The notes beneath the pieces are model-generated. The model saw only the letters and a list, made by a program, of their open reading frames with translations, made no database searches and was not told the origin of the DNA. The position numbers and the translations under genes are program-made. A stretch of DNA of 63,093 nucleotides, filler included, from Globobulimina sp. (lineage: Eukaryota): the NCBI GenBank assembly GCA_003354225.1. It is 51 parts of 51 records of this genome, joined end to end, with 100 filler letters (N's around TTAATTAATTAA, not from the genome) between each part and the next. Parts side by side here need not be neighbours in the genome. Positions count along the whole stretch, not along the records: positions 47,100 to 48,237 come from PIVH01022571.1; positions 48,338 to 49,475 come from PIVH01022572.1; positions 49,576 to 50,713 come from PIVH01022573.1; positions 50,814 to 51,951 come from PIVH01022574.1; positions 52,052 to 53,189 come from PIVH01022575.1; positions 53,290 to 54,427 come from PIVH01022576.1; positions 54,528 to 55,665 come from PIVH01022577.1; positions 55,766 to 56,903 come from PIVH01022578.1; 43 more parts are not named here. One strand, 5' to 3'. Shown here one piece after another: positions 47,100 to 59,481 of this stretch (within the stretch, counting starts at the first letter, position 1; each line of letters opens with the position of its first letter).

Positions 47100-47648
47100 C
47101 GCAAAATCGCAAAAACAAAAAAAATACCTTTTCTTCCTTTTCTTTTTCATGACTGATTTTTTTAAATGATAAAATTGAGAAACTATCGTTTTTATTATAA
47201 TAAGAAATCGTTAAACAAAATCCAATTTTAGATTTTTTAATTTCAAATGCTTTTTTTAATTTTGATGAATTTTTTCCAAATGAGAGCCAATTTTTATTTA
47301 AATTTAATTCCATAGTTATTACATCTCCTTCGTTGTATTTAACTGAATAGGCACTACCTTCACCATTTGAATCACATTTATAACCACCTGCAAAATATCC
47401 ATAATGAATGGTTGAATCAGATTGACCATGAAAGTATGTATTTGTATGTTTATGATTTGCTTCATCGATTCCGATTACACAACCATTTGTCAATTTATTT
47501 ATTTTTATTTGCCATTTGAAAATGCCGCTTCCTTTCGCGACTTGTCAACTGTAAATAGTTTTATATGATTTATCCTTTTTTATGATTGTTTTTCCATTAT
47601 CTTTGATGGTGAATGAATTCTTTACAAATATTGAAAAGTGTCCGACAT
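47100..47648 (-). pseudogene. SPRY/B30.2 domain gene with an in-frame stop and a frameshift
   Basis: GIFKWQIKI...CVIGI...YGY...GDVITMELNL...LSFGKN; in-frame TGA at 47547-47545. Confidence 0.65.
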
Positions 47649-48337
47649 AAAGTAACGACTTTGGTTGTTGGACTTGGATTGAAAAACTGTTTTAAGTGGC
47701 AAAACCTCAAGAAAACAAGTATTATTTTTAACATTTATTTCTGAACTATCGAAAATAATGGAAAATAAATTATTGAAAAAACAAAACAAAATCTGAGTGT
47801 GAAATATTTCAGAAAAATAATATTTGTAAAAAATAGAGAAATAAACTTTTCGCATATCTACATCATAGGCAACAGTGAGCTCTAAATAAATGGACCAACA
47901 ACGATGCTTCATCTATACAGCAAGCAGTTATATATACTAACTACTGTTATTTCAACTGCTTTCTCATAAATATCTTGCAGTAAAAATAATTGATTTGTGC
48001 AATCTGTAATCATGGAAGTTTAATATATTTATATGGTTGTACAGGTATACGTATTCTTTAAGTTATTTGATTTGGGAAACTGACAGCATGCTTTTGTAAA
48101 CAAACAAAATCATAATAGTCCGTATCAAAACAATATTGGGTATAGTGTGTTTTGTTGAACAATGTCTTATATATTGTTTTGTAATATTCGTAAAACTTGG
48201 ACTTTTTTCGCAGTCATTTTAAACAATGTCATAAACANNNNNNNNNNNNNNNNNNNNNNNNNNNNNNNNNNNNNNNNNNNNTTAATTAATTAANNNNNNN
48301 NNNNNNNNNNNNNNNNNNNNNNNNNNNNNNNNNNNNN

Positions 48338-48858
48338 CTAAAATGCCCAACATAATCGACGTAATATAACTGTTTTTATTTATATCTTGATTGCTTATTT
48401 CAAATTCTTCACAAATCTCAAATCCAAATATGTCATAAAACTTTATATTATCATTCGCATCGCCATTAATATAACGTATCACAGTGTCATCATGAATATC
48501 AACTGGACATACACGCGGTATTAAATTCGGTAAAACAAGATTCGAAATAGCTTCCTCGTCTAATTTTGTTCCAGCATTGATATTATTTATTAATATATTC
48601 TCTAAATTCACATAAGATTCTTTATATATCGTCAATCCATTAGCTTCGCCACGAAACGATTCAATATTTTCAATATGAATATTGGTATAATCGCCAGAGG
48701 TATAATCTATCACCATTCCATGAGCTCTGGTCGCCGTATATCCATACGAAATATCAAGGTCTTCCGTGGTCAATTTAGGTCCAACATATTGCCCACAAAC
48801 ATCCATTCCGAGCTCAGCCCAGTTATAAACATCATGGATATAAATATTGAATTGAATT
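48338..48858 (-). CDS. Beta-helix-like surface protein, C-terminal part entering a TM segment
   Basis: NIHIENIES..GEA.G....V.LENILINNI repeats. Confidence 0.55.
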
Positions 48859-49157
48859 TATAAACGTCAGGATCGCAAGCACAAGACTGTGATACGTACA
48901 ATTTTCTTTCCTGTCCTTGCGGACAAACCGAATTGGTCAACCGGGAAAGAAAAAAGACATCACCTCACAGCAAAGCACCCAAAAAAAGAAACAATAAAAA
49001 CAACAAATCAAAAGAAATAAATAAGAAAGCACCAATACATCCGAATCACAATCTGAGCAACACCGAGGATAGGACAATAACCTAAACAAAGGTGAGTATA
49101 GCCCAAATCAGGCAGGAAGCATAGTACCAGACCATATGTATCAAGCCATAGTAACAG

Positions 49158-49210
49158 AAAGAGTAATATTCAGGCAATATAAAAAGAGTAATATTCAGGC
49201 AATATAAAAA
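49158..49210. repeat. 25-bp tandem duplication
   Basis: AAAGAGTAATATTCAGGCAATATAA twice. Confidence 0.85.
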
Positions 49211-49575
49211 CAATACCCATGGCAATATAAAATGATGGTTCTGAGACGCAGGTGGACGGTGCATTTCCCTCTCGAAATGATAAAACAGGTTCAGTGGCAC
49301 CTCAAGCCATATCCAGCTCGGATGATGATGCAGTCGCATTATTTTTACAAGCAGAGATCCATTCCATGGATGGTACGACCACTGACACGGTACAGTTAGA
49401 TTGTGACCGTGTTGTTGCTGTATTACAGAAAGCTGGTGGCTATGACGTAGACGTAGCTCCCCAGAATGTCACCATNNNNNNNNNNNNNNNNNNNNNNNNN
49501 NNNNNNNNNNNNNNNNNNNTTAATTAATTAANNNNNNNNNNNNNNNNNNNNNNNNNNNNNNNNNNNNNNNNNNNN

Positions 49576-50713
49576 ATTGACTCATCCTACACTATGATGC
49601 ATATTGTGGCTGCTGACGATGTTGTAACCAAATATAAATCTCATTGTTTCTATGAATCAAGAGATGATTTTGTCAATTTCCAGTCATATGATATCGATAC
49701 AAAAGAAGATGAAATAGTAATGACGCAATATAGAGATAACAGGCAGATTATAAATGAGATGGATGAAAATAAAGTAATATTAAAACATGAAAACCGTTCG
49801 ATTGTTTTATTAGATCAAGGCGATGAATATTTAAATGATGATGTTAAATCCTCTCAGATTCGCAGTTATGATTCATTGCAGGATATATACTTTTTATTAA
49901 CAACATTATCAAAGAATGACGCAATAAAGTCACAGTTAAAGAATTGGGCATTTATTGTTGAATGGAATAAGTTGTCACAAATGCAAAAATTAAACAAATA
50001 TGACGAGTTTTACTGTCATGAGTTAAATTTGTTTTTGTCGATTAAAGATCAAACATTTTTCAATAAAATATGTAAACCGATGATTGCTTCCAAACTTCGC
50101 AAAGATATGATGGACTATTTCTTATTAAATGATACCAAACATTTATTGCAATATACAGCGCCGCATTTATTTCAACGTTTAAATTGTTTGGAAAAGATAT
50201 TGTTGGCATCGACATTAAATAAAAATGAGGAATCTTTACAATGTGTTTGTGGTTTAAAGTTAACGTCCATTGAAGCAAAGCTATTGTATGGAAATAGAAT
50301 TAATATCTTAGTGTATTGCGACATTTGTGATGGAGCAATAACAAGAAACGATAAAGTATTTCATTGTGATCATGATCAACATCCAAATGGTTATGATATT
50401 TGTATTTTATGTGCGTTAAAACAAAATATTAATTTACGAGCCAGCGCACTGAAATATTTTCAAAATCACCAACAAAAAACAAAAATAAAACCACAGAAAT
50501 TGGATAAATTATTCCGTACTGCATTAACAGAGAAACAATTAAATGAAGATATCGATGAAGAGGAGGAAGAAATTTGTGCCTCTGATGATGAGGCAGATGA
50601 TGCCATGTTTGAGTCAGCCGCAGTACTTCCACCACTTTATTACGATCCATCTAAGCCATCCAAACGATTTGGTGCAGTTTTTATTTATGATATTACCGAT
50701 TTACAGTCATTTT
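49576..50713 (+). CDS. Fragment of a large conserved hypothetical protein with an inserted ZZ-like zinc finger
   Basis: YDSL, CHELNLFL..KD..FF...KP...SK..KD.MDYFLL, LN.LEKILL; then CVCG...CDIC...FHC..H..GYDIC..C. Confidence 0.65.
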
Positions 50714-51537
50714 NNNNNNNNNNNNNNNNNNNNNNNNNNNNNNNNNNNNNNNNNNNNTTAATTAATTAANNNNNNNNNNNNNNNNNNNNNNNNNNNNNNN
50801 NNNNNNNNNNNNNGATCTTCATGTTTACATTAAGGCACCTGTAGCAGAATGCATTAAACGCATTCAATTACTGGGACAAGCATGCGAAACAACTATTAAC
50901 AAGGAATACATTAATCAATTAGAAAAATGTCATCAAACAATGATTAATCATGTCAAAAACATTAATTGTAACAATAGAGGGGACACAAACCAAAGCGAAA
51001 GTTGTACAAGACTTTATTAAAGAAATTAAATTGTATTTAAAAACATCGTAAATAAACAAACATTTAAATAACCTTTAAACTGTTGCATTATTGAGTACAG
51101 TAACCACATCTTCGACAGAAAGTTTTTTATAAGGTACCATAGATTGTTTTTTGTAAACTAAAGTTTTTTATAAGGCACATGAACTGGACAAGATTCCAGG
51201 CAATTACAAACTGTATTAAACCACTGGTTCAAATTTTCCATACTGACTCGTTTTAGAGTGATTGAATGTATAATCACACGCGAATCGATTGGATAATAGG
51301 TTTGTTACCAGAGGACCGAATACCATATAACAGTTTGATTATAACAGACCGAATACCATATAATTCATTTTTTATTGATTTAGAAGAAATATTTGATGTT
51401 TTAGCACGAAATGTCACATATAAACATAACATATCCTCTGAAGGCTTCATCGACTCAAAGCAAACTACTTCTTTCAGTGACCATTATTAACATATACAGA
51501 GGGGCAACACAGTAGCATTGCGGGTCGGTAGACCCAG

Positions 51538-51593
51538 AGGCAAGAAGCCGGGATGCAAGAACCTCGGAGGCAAGAAGCCCGAAGGCAAGAGGC
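51538..51593. repeat. Repeat with a 15-bp period (AGGCAAGAAGCC-like, four copies)
   Basis: GCAAGA at 51540, 51555, 51570 and 51585. Confidence 0.8.
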
Positions 51594-52051
51594 TTTTTTG
51601 TTATGTTTGAATTTTTTGGACCTAGAGTTTTTTTGAGTAACTCAGAAGTTTCCTTTTTTTTTGCTGACTAATCATTAAGTTATTTTTTAAACTGATTGGT
51701 AGATTTTAGGGGTTTGTATTTTTGAATGTAGTCATTTGGAATATCTGTTAAATGTCATTGAAAGACGGATCTATCAGAGACGGATCTATCAGAGCCACCG
51801 CTCTTTTGCAGACCATTAGACGGAGCAAACTTGATTGGAATGTCCAGTCCAAAGTAATAATGATTCCTTCAAAGCCGGTAATTATGCATTCGAATATATC
51901 CTTTGTTGTTTGCCTTAACGATATATTCCAAAAGATAACCCCCCCCCTGCTNNNNNNNNNNNNNNNNNNNNNNNNNNNNNNNNNNNNNNNNNNNNTTAAT
52001 TAATTAANNNNNNNNNNNNNNNNNNNNNNNNNNNNNNNNNNNNNNNNNNNN

Positions 52052-53189
52052 AAAATGCCAGAGGAAGCAAAGAAAAAGAAATTGGAAGATGCAAAAATGT
52101 TTGAGTATTTTTCAAAGTTGGGGATTAAACAAGAATTGATGAGAGAGTGTGAATGGAAATATGTTAGAAGATCTGACAGTTCAATAAGAAACTTTCTCAA
52201 TGAAAAACTTGGAATGCCACTGTCTTATCACACAAGACTCTCACACTTGGATGTTCTGGATAAAATTGCTTCAGGCAAACTTTTTGGTCTGGCTCGTGTC
52301 TCTCTACATGTTCCAGATCATCTGTATGAAAAGTTTAAAGAATTTTGTCCGATTTTCCAGAACAGAATCGTCACAAGAGAAGATCTTTCACCATATGCTC
52401 TGAAAATTGCAGAAGCAAATGATTTGTTGAAGCGGGGACAAAGAAGTTTGGTTAGTGTGATGAAAGCTGACAAAATTGTTTTGGTAACACCACTGATACA
52501 ATGGTACATGCGACATGGATTGGTAATCAGTGAAGTTCATGAAGTTGTGCAGTTCAAACCCGCAAAGTTGTTTACCAAATTCACTGAAGGTGTTACAAAG
52601 CATCGAAAGTTGGCTGATGAAGATGCCAGTAAAAAGCAACTGGGAAATCTGCATAAATTAACAGGAAACGCTGCCTATGGTACAAATTTCCCATGTGATA
52701 TATAGTTTGGTATTGTTTTCATTTTCAGGAAAAACATTGGAGAAACGATCTGAATTCACAAACATCAAGTTTGAAAATGAAGAGACTGTTTCAAAAATCA
52801 TAAATAAAAAAGAGTTTGTTGATCTGGATGAGTTAAATAACGATCTTTTTGAAGTGACCATGGCGAAACGATCCTATGTCGACTCTGTTCCTCGTATCAT
52901 TGGTGCAATGGTGTTGGGATATGCAAAGATGCGTCTATTGGAAATGTACTACGATTTTTTGGACAAATACTTTGACCGATCAACATGGGAACTTGTTTGT
53001 GCTGACACTGACAGTCTTTGTAAGTTACTGGTACAAAATCAATGTCACAAATATAACATGACACTTTACAGACATGAGCATAGCAGCCAGCAACTTGGAA
53101 GATTTTGAAAAACTCGTAAAGCCTGACATGTTGGATGAATACAAATTCAGAGTGGCGGTGAGCAATAACAAAGAAGCGATGGAAGCCGG
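52052..53189 (+). mobile_element. Polinton/Maverick-type (protein-primed family) DNA polymerase B with two introns (52680-52728, 53020-53071)
   Basis: KLTGNAAYG|KT (motif B), IG..VL.YAKMRLLE.YYDFL, DTDSL|YM (motif C); both GT..AG introns restore the frame. Confidence 0.85.
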
Positions 53190-53325
53190 NNNNNNNNNNN
53201 NNNNNNNNNNNNNNNNNNNNNNNNNNNNNNNNNTTAATTAATTAANNNNNNNNNNNNNNNNNNNNNNNNNNNNNNNNNNNNNNNNNNNNATTGTACATTA
53301 CATTACATTACAATCAATCAATAAA

Positions 53326-54426
53326 TCAATCATCCTCATCCTCATCATGTTTTTCCATATGCTTTTTATGTGCAGTTTTATCATAAAACAATTTCACACA
53401 TTGCTCACATTCATATTTGGCATATTTACGATCATTATGATAACTCACCAAATGATATTTTATCGACTCCGCCCTTGATTTCGATGAATATCTCTTATCA
53501 CATCCTTTATAAAAACATATTCCATTTTTAATTGCTTCCTTTATCGGATCGACCGGTTTATGTCCGACTTTTTTATGTTTTAAATACCGTCCCTTTTCAT
53601 AAAATCTTTTCCCACATACTCCACATTCAAACCGTGTGTATTTAATATCACTATGAATTCCAACCATATGCGATTTCAAACTGGTAAATGACCCAAACCG
53701 CGTTCCACAATACGAACAAATATGATTCTTCTGTTTCAAATGGACGGTGATGACATGTTGTCTCATCGATGATTTTTGCGCAAATCTCTTTTTACACCGA
53801 TTACATTTGAATGGTTTCTTGCCGTCGTGTACTCTCTGATGGTTTTCTAATGTTATTTTCTCGTAAAACTCTTTTGGACATAATTTGCATTTATAATCTC
53901 TAATTTTTTCGTGATCTCTGCGAATATGTTTCTTTAAGCCATAGTTGGTCGCATATCGCATACTGTTTGCAACGGGACATTTATTGCATAAATACGGCTT
54001 ATCCACTTTGTGAATGTCATTCATATGTTTTCTGTGCTTGATATATGTGGTAAATGTATCACTGCACATCGTGCATTGTAGAGGCTCGATGAATGTCTTT
54101 TTTTTATATTTATAATATTTTCGCCAATTCGTTTTACGTTTTTTTTTCTTTGCTGGTTTCTGTGTTTTTAGGTCTAATTTTTTAGTATTATTTGCTGATA
54201 AATTCGCAGATTGATTGTTAAATAATGTATTGTATAAATTCAAAATGTTATTATTATTCTTTTGAATCTTCTCTTTTGATCCGGATTGCGATGAACTGTG
54301 AGGTTCGGATTGTGTTTGTTTTGCCGTTGAATTATTATTTGTGGATTTGGGACATTCGGATTCTGATTCATTTGATGATAAATAGTATGATGAAGAGGAT
54401 GATAATGAAATATATGAGGAATCGGA
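53326..54426 (-). CDS. Multi-C2H2 zinc-finger protein
   Basis: About 8 CxxC...HxxxH units with GKKPFKC-type linkers. Confidence 0.92.
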   Translation of the reverse strand, partial: SDSSYISLSSSSSYYLSSNESESECPKSTNNNSTAKQTQSEPHSSSQSGSKEKIQKNNNNILNLYNTLFNNQSANLSANNTKKLDLKTQKPAKKKKRKTNWRKYYKYKKKTFIEPLQCTMCSDTFTTYIKHRKHMNDIHKVDKPYLCNKCPVANSMRYATNYGLKKHIRRDHEKIRDYKCKLCPKEFYEKITLENHQRVHDGKKPFKCNRCKKRFAQKSSMRQHVITVHLKQKNHICSYCGTRFGSFTSLKSHMVGIHSDIKYTRFECGVCGKRFYEKGRYLKHKKVGHKPVDPIKEAIKNGICFYKGCDKRYSSKSRAESIKYHLVSYHNDRKYAKYECEQCVKLFYDKTAHKKHMEKHDEDEDD

Positions 54427-54527
54427 TNNNNNNNNNNNNNNNNNNNNNNNNNNNNNNNNNNNNNNNNNNNNTTAATTAATTAANNNNNNNNNNNNNNNNN
54501 NNNNNNNNNNNNNNNNNNNNNNNNNNN

Positions 54528-55612
54528 GTATTAAACCTAACATTTTTATCAATACATTTCCCAATACATAATAGACACAATTTGTTTGGACATAAACATT
54601 TAAAGATTCTGATTGAAAAAGGAAAGTGAAGAAATAAGCACAAAGTATTAATAAAACAATCCAAAGATATAAAAAATTTGAAGAGAAATGCACTGTGTGT
54701 TATAAAAAAGATAATTAGTACCAACCACGAGGTCATCACCGATACAAATACCAACATTGAATGCTGCGTGGTCGTATTCACAAATTCAAGTTTTACATTC
54801 TCCACTACTTTCCTTAATTTTCTTTCTTTTTTTGTTTCTGATGGTACAAAGATCTTTTTCTGATGATCCGGTGTCGCTGCTTCTGACCGCGTACATTCAG
54901 AGGAAGCACTTTTTATTCGTATTCCGCGGACGCATACATTGGCTGTGGATACATCGGATACATTGCAATTGGATGCATTTGAATGAGTTACGACGTTAAC
55001 GGGGTCGGAGAGAGGACCAAGTCGCATGTCACTGAGTGTTATTAATTCTACGCTTTCTTTTTTTCTCATATTTGTCTGAGCGCTCTGAATGGATTTAATA
55101 TAAGATTTAATAACTTGTAATAGTTTAGATTGAAATATTAGCAGCAAACTCGTTGAAAATATAAAATCGCACAATTCCAATATAAAAATTGGTAACATAA
55201 AGAAAACAATTGGATCAACTGGATCATATATATAATATATGGCCAGAATGTTAATATACAGTGTGCATATTGGCAATGAGCTTAGTAAGCAATATAACGC
55301 CCGGAATACACATTTATTTGATTTAAATATGGTATCTTTGAACGAATGCTTTAAACGGAATATAAATACAATATTCATTAAGGTTCTGCCCCAATACCAA
55401 AAGGTTGTTGCTAATGGATTCCTGGATTTGTCGCTATTTATGTTGATGGTACACCATAATATCCGGCCATCGATAGTACAAAACATATCAATGACACTGA
55501 GAATGTGAGAAATAAAATATATGATCATGCTGCATATTGTCAAATATCGGATAGAGAGAGGGAGGGAAATGGTTAATTTATATCTTTTGATTTTATTGTC
55601 TTCATTTGACAT
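54528..55612 (-). CDS. Orphan 7TM/GPCR-like receptor
   Basis: About seven hydrophobic segments, a long loop before the last two, and LDCFINTLCLFLHF...C...C. Confidence 0.65.
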
Positions 55613-55765
55613 AAAAACATTTTTTTCACCAGATTGGATGGAGTGACTGCATAACAGAAACTTGANNNNNNNNNNNNNNNNNNNNNNNNNNNNNNNNNNN
55701 NNNNNNNNNTTAATTAATTAANNNNNNNNNNNNNNNNNNNNNNNNNNNNNNNNNNNNNNNNNNNN

Positions 55766-56903
55766 CGCATATCAACTGCGGTTCCATCGGTTTCAGGCTA
55801 ATATGCATTAAATCAGTACGCAATGATGACTTTCGTTTATGTAGCAAAGCTCGGAAATCTTTGGGAGCAAATTCTTTAATTTTATTCGCTGTATTCACCC
55901 GTAACTGCTGTACTAAATAACCAGGCACAGTAAATACTTCACAATGTTTACTTATAAACTTCGCAGCAATCAAACTGAGACAACTGGACGGAAAATAGGA
56001 CTGATCCATGGCTAAAAATTCTCTTTTTAATAGAAATAAAGCGGATTTGCTGGCTTTTAAACAAAAAGGTCGCTGTAAGTTACGTAAATGTACCGGTATA
56101 ACTCTCCAATCTTTTGGCCATAATTGGTACAATTTATCCGCAGAAAATTCACCTTTCGAATGGGACAAATGATGCGCAAATTTATGCAACGCATCAATGT
56201 ATGCACTGGCAATACCACAACGATACAATTCATCATTCCAACGAATGATATCTGTATTTAATAACTTGGCATCAAATAAATTATATCGACAGTCATTGGT
56301 TAACCTAAACATTCCATTTAAATGCAACGGCAAATTGCTTTGTAACAATGGTACTCCATTAACAAATACATATCCTTCGCCAGCTGGCAATGCTTTTAAT
56401 CCGTTATATTTCGATACGACATATCTGCCACAAATAATATTGCCGGATATTTTACCTGCGACGCCACAATACGGTATGCGGAAACTTTCATTTTTAGATA
56501 TTCCAGTTTCCATTTTCTCGTTGTGTTGTAACGCCAATATCCGTGAATTACCATCGCCCATATTACTAAATATCCAGTAATTGTCCGTGATTTGCAAGTT
56601 ATTATTTTTAATATTACCAATACCGCCAATTTTGTTGACGATCTTGCCGTAGAATGCATAGTTATCGATGGAGATATCGTCGCAAGTATGGATGTAATGT
56701 ATGAATGAATCATATGTAGTGATTTGTAATTTGTATTCATAGGTTTTTGCTTTATACCCACCAAACAAACGTGACACGGAATATTTCTGTTTCCAACTGG
56801 TGGCGTTGTACGCTTTCGCACGTAAATTGCGCTGTTTTTCATGTGTATTTCCGACGCCTGACTGCCACAATACATCCCTTACTTTCATGCGTGGCAAATA
56901 TTA
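55766..56903 (-). CDS. Sacsin-like repeat region
   Basis: G.VF...PL...LPLHLNGMF.L...R...WND.L....IA.AY..AL...Y.LWP. Confidence 0.75.
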
Positions 56904-57003
56904 NNNNNNNNNNNNNNNNNNNNNNNNNNNNNNNNNNNNNNNNNNNNTTAATTAATTAANNNNNNNNNNNNNNNNNNNNNNNNNNNNNNNNNNNNNNNNN
57001 NNN

Positions 57004-57357
57004 TAACGTATGTTTTCTTTTTTTCTGCCAAGCTGTGTGTAATACGCCGTATAAATAAGGATGATTTACCTGTAACCTGTTATGAGTTGAATCTTTTAAA
57101 TCAAATTCGTACCAATCATTATGATGTGTCGATTCGTAATCTTTGAATTGTGTCGAATACTCTGATATTTCATCACGTAAATAGGCTGTATATATTTCAT
57201 TGACAGTGTATGGTCCTCTTATTTGGGTATCATGAAACACCCAATATAATGATAGCGGCGTTGGGATTACGGCAGTTACGTCAGTAGTTGTGAGGCTTGG
57301 GACTTGTGTGCCTGCAAGTTCTGTATTTCCGTGGTTTTGGTCGAACATGTTTGCCAT
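57004..57357 (-). CDS. GYF-2-like domain protein, N-terminus
   Basis: YW....QIRGPYT..EI...Y...EI. Confidence 0.55.
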
Positions 57358-57731
57358 TAATTTGTAATCTAAATCACTCTGGCTACCTACTAAAAAAAAG
57401 ATTAATAGATTAATGGGTTTGCATTTGATCCTAAATTGCCTTTAATATACATGTTAATTCATTGACTTTATTTGAGCTACGTTTTAATCTATAAATTATA
57501 AAAGCTGACACAAGAAAGAAAAGATGACTAGTTGACAACTTGAAAACGAATAATCAAAGATTGGGATTTCTCGCATTTCAAAATCCCAAACTTTATTATT
57601 AAACTAGTCATCAAGAAACACCATCAAACACAAACAAAAATTACGATACAAAAAAAAAGATCTTAATATATTGTACAATTTTATACATTTAAAATATGAA
57701 ATAAATGGAAACACTTAATATTAATAAACAT

Positions 57732-58141
57732 TTAACTCTTAATTCCTGTGCCAATAATAGGTGTTTTATAATTATGCGATGGATTAAAATGCTCAATATG
57801 CAGTGTCCCATTTCTATTAATTAGTATATATTCATATTCATTGCTTTGATTTTTCGAATTTGCATGGATTTCAAATCTTTGATGACTTGCATCAAATGTA
57901 ACATTTGCCAATCCATTCCAACCAAAACTTGATTTTGGTTGTATTTGAACAGAGCCATCCTTGTAAATTGAATACGTAAATGTTGTAAACATATATTGTC
58001 GATACTTATTTTTATTTTTTTTCTTATTCCTCTGTTTCATCCCTTTGAATGATACAATCCATTTACCAACATATCGGTCAATACCTTTGATGCGTACTTT
58101 CTTATTTGGCCCTTTCGGCAATGGTTTATTTGGCGGTGTTG
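57732..58141 (-). CDS. C-terminus of a hypothetical beta-rich protein
   Basis: Open frame from the contig edge to TAA. Confidence 0.5.
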
Positions 58142-58504
58142 NNNNNNNNNNNNNNNNNNNNNNNNNNNNNNNNNNNNNNNNNNNNTTAATTAATTAANNN
58201 NNNNNNNNNNNNNNNNNNNNNNNNNNNNNNNNNNNNNNNNNAATTCCAAAGCTTGATCATGAACAATTTCATTATTATCATCACTAATAATCAATGGCTG
58301 TATATTGCATTCAATTTCTATGTCACTGTCATTGTTATTTGTTTCTTCCAAAACAGTGGATTGCTGCGTTAGTCTCGCCATTGTATAAAAATTCTGCAAT
58401 GAATTTTTTACATTTAACAGTGATTCCACATTCGATGATGCCATCTCTAATATTTCTAAATATCACAGCGATTAAACACAATAACCACATTCTAAGATAA
58501 ATAC

Positions 58505-59350
58505 TTAACGAGATGACTTTGTTGGAGATGTTTCCGTATTTTTATGTGGTGAAATATCTGTAGTTTCAACACTTACATTACTGTCCAATGTATCATTCAA
58601 ATCAATCATTAATTTCGGAGCACATAATATTAAATCATTATCATTCTCACTCTCACTTTCATCCATAATAATTTCCATTTCATTCGCATTTCCAGTATTC
58701 ATATCTTCCTCTACTTCTTCGTCATTATCCATTACAACCTGCAATGCACAAATATCTCCATCATTTATGTTGTCTTTTTCCTCGTTTATATCTCTCGTTT
58801 TTTGACATGAATAGCAATTATTACATAAATTAGAATTCTTCCAATGGCATATATTACAAATCCATAAATCGTTATCAATCTCTATATCATCATATTTATA
58901 ATCATCATTCCCTTCACACAAAACAACATCCAAACTCTCCCTATTTACAACCAGGGCGTTGTCACACAACTTGCAATGAGTTACATTGCCATCATTAATA
59001 TGCGTACACTGTCCACACTTCCATTTCTTCAATGCTTCATCCCGTACAATGCCACAAATATCGCATTTTATCCGCTGTTTTAAATTCAAATACTTACAAA
59101 TCGGACAGGACCAATGTTTGAATATAATATCGGATTTTAATCCTTTGCCCACATACAAATCCTTATTCATCTCGATTTTTAATGTCCGCGCCACATAATT
59201 ACTACCATTATGACCAATGCTCCATTTACTTTTCCGTCTTCTTTTTTTCTTAAAATACTCTATTTTCTTTGCCTTGGTCTGCTTATCCAACCATGCAAAT
59301 CTATACATATTATTATTAGATTTCTGTTCAGTCTCTTTAATCACAAACAA
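58505..59350 (-). CDS. Protein with three RanBP2-type zinc fingers
   Basis: WSCPIC...CDIC, WKCGQC...CKLC, WICNIC...CYSC. Confidence 0.85.
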   Translation of the reverse strand: MFVIKETEQKSNNNMYRFAWLDKQTKAKKIEYFKKKRRRKSKWSIGHNGSNYVARTLKIEMNKDLYVGKGLKSDIIFKHWSCPICKYLNLKQRIKCDICGIVRDEALKKWKCGQCTHINDGNVTHCKLCDNALVVNRESLDVVLCEGNDDYKYDDIEIDNDLWICNICHWKNSNLCNNCYSCQKTRDINEEKDNINDGDICALQVVMDNDEEVEEDMNTGNANEMEIIMDESESENDNDLILCAPKLMIDLNDTLDSNVSVETTDISPHKNTETSPTKSSR

Positions 59351-59481
59351 TGTATCGCCTTACGATGCAATCCGACTCANNNNNNNNNNNNNNNNNNNNN
59401 NNNNNNNNNNNNNNNNNNNNNNNTTAATTAATTAANNNNNNNNNNNNNNNNNNNNNNNNNNNNNNNNNNNNNNNNNNNNCC

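Noticed and set aside
47545-47547. Selenocysteine or TGA read-through in the SPRY gene
   Set aside because: A nearby frameshift indicates a pseudogene, and SPRY is not a redox domain
51763-51792. 15-bp tandem duplication AGACGGATCTATCAG as a target-site duplication
   Set aside because: The copies are directly adjacent with no element between them; simple slippage explains it
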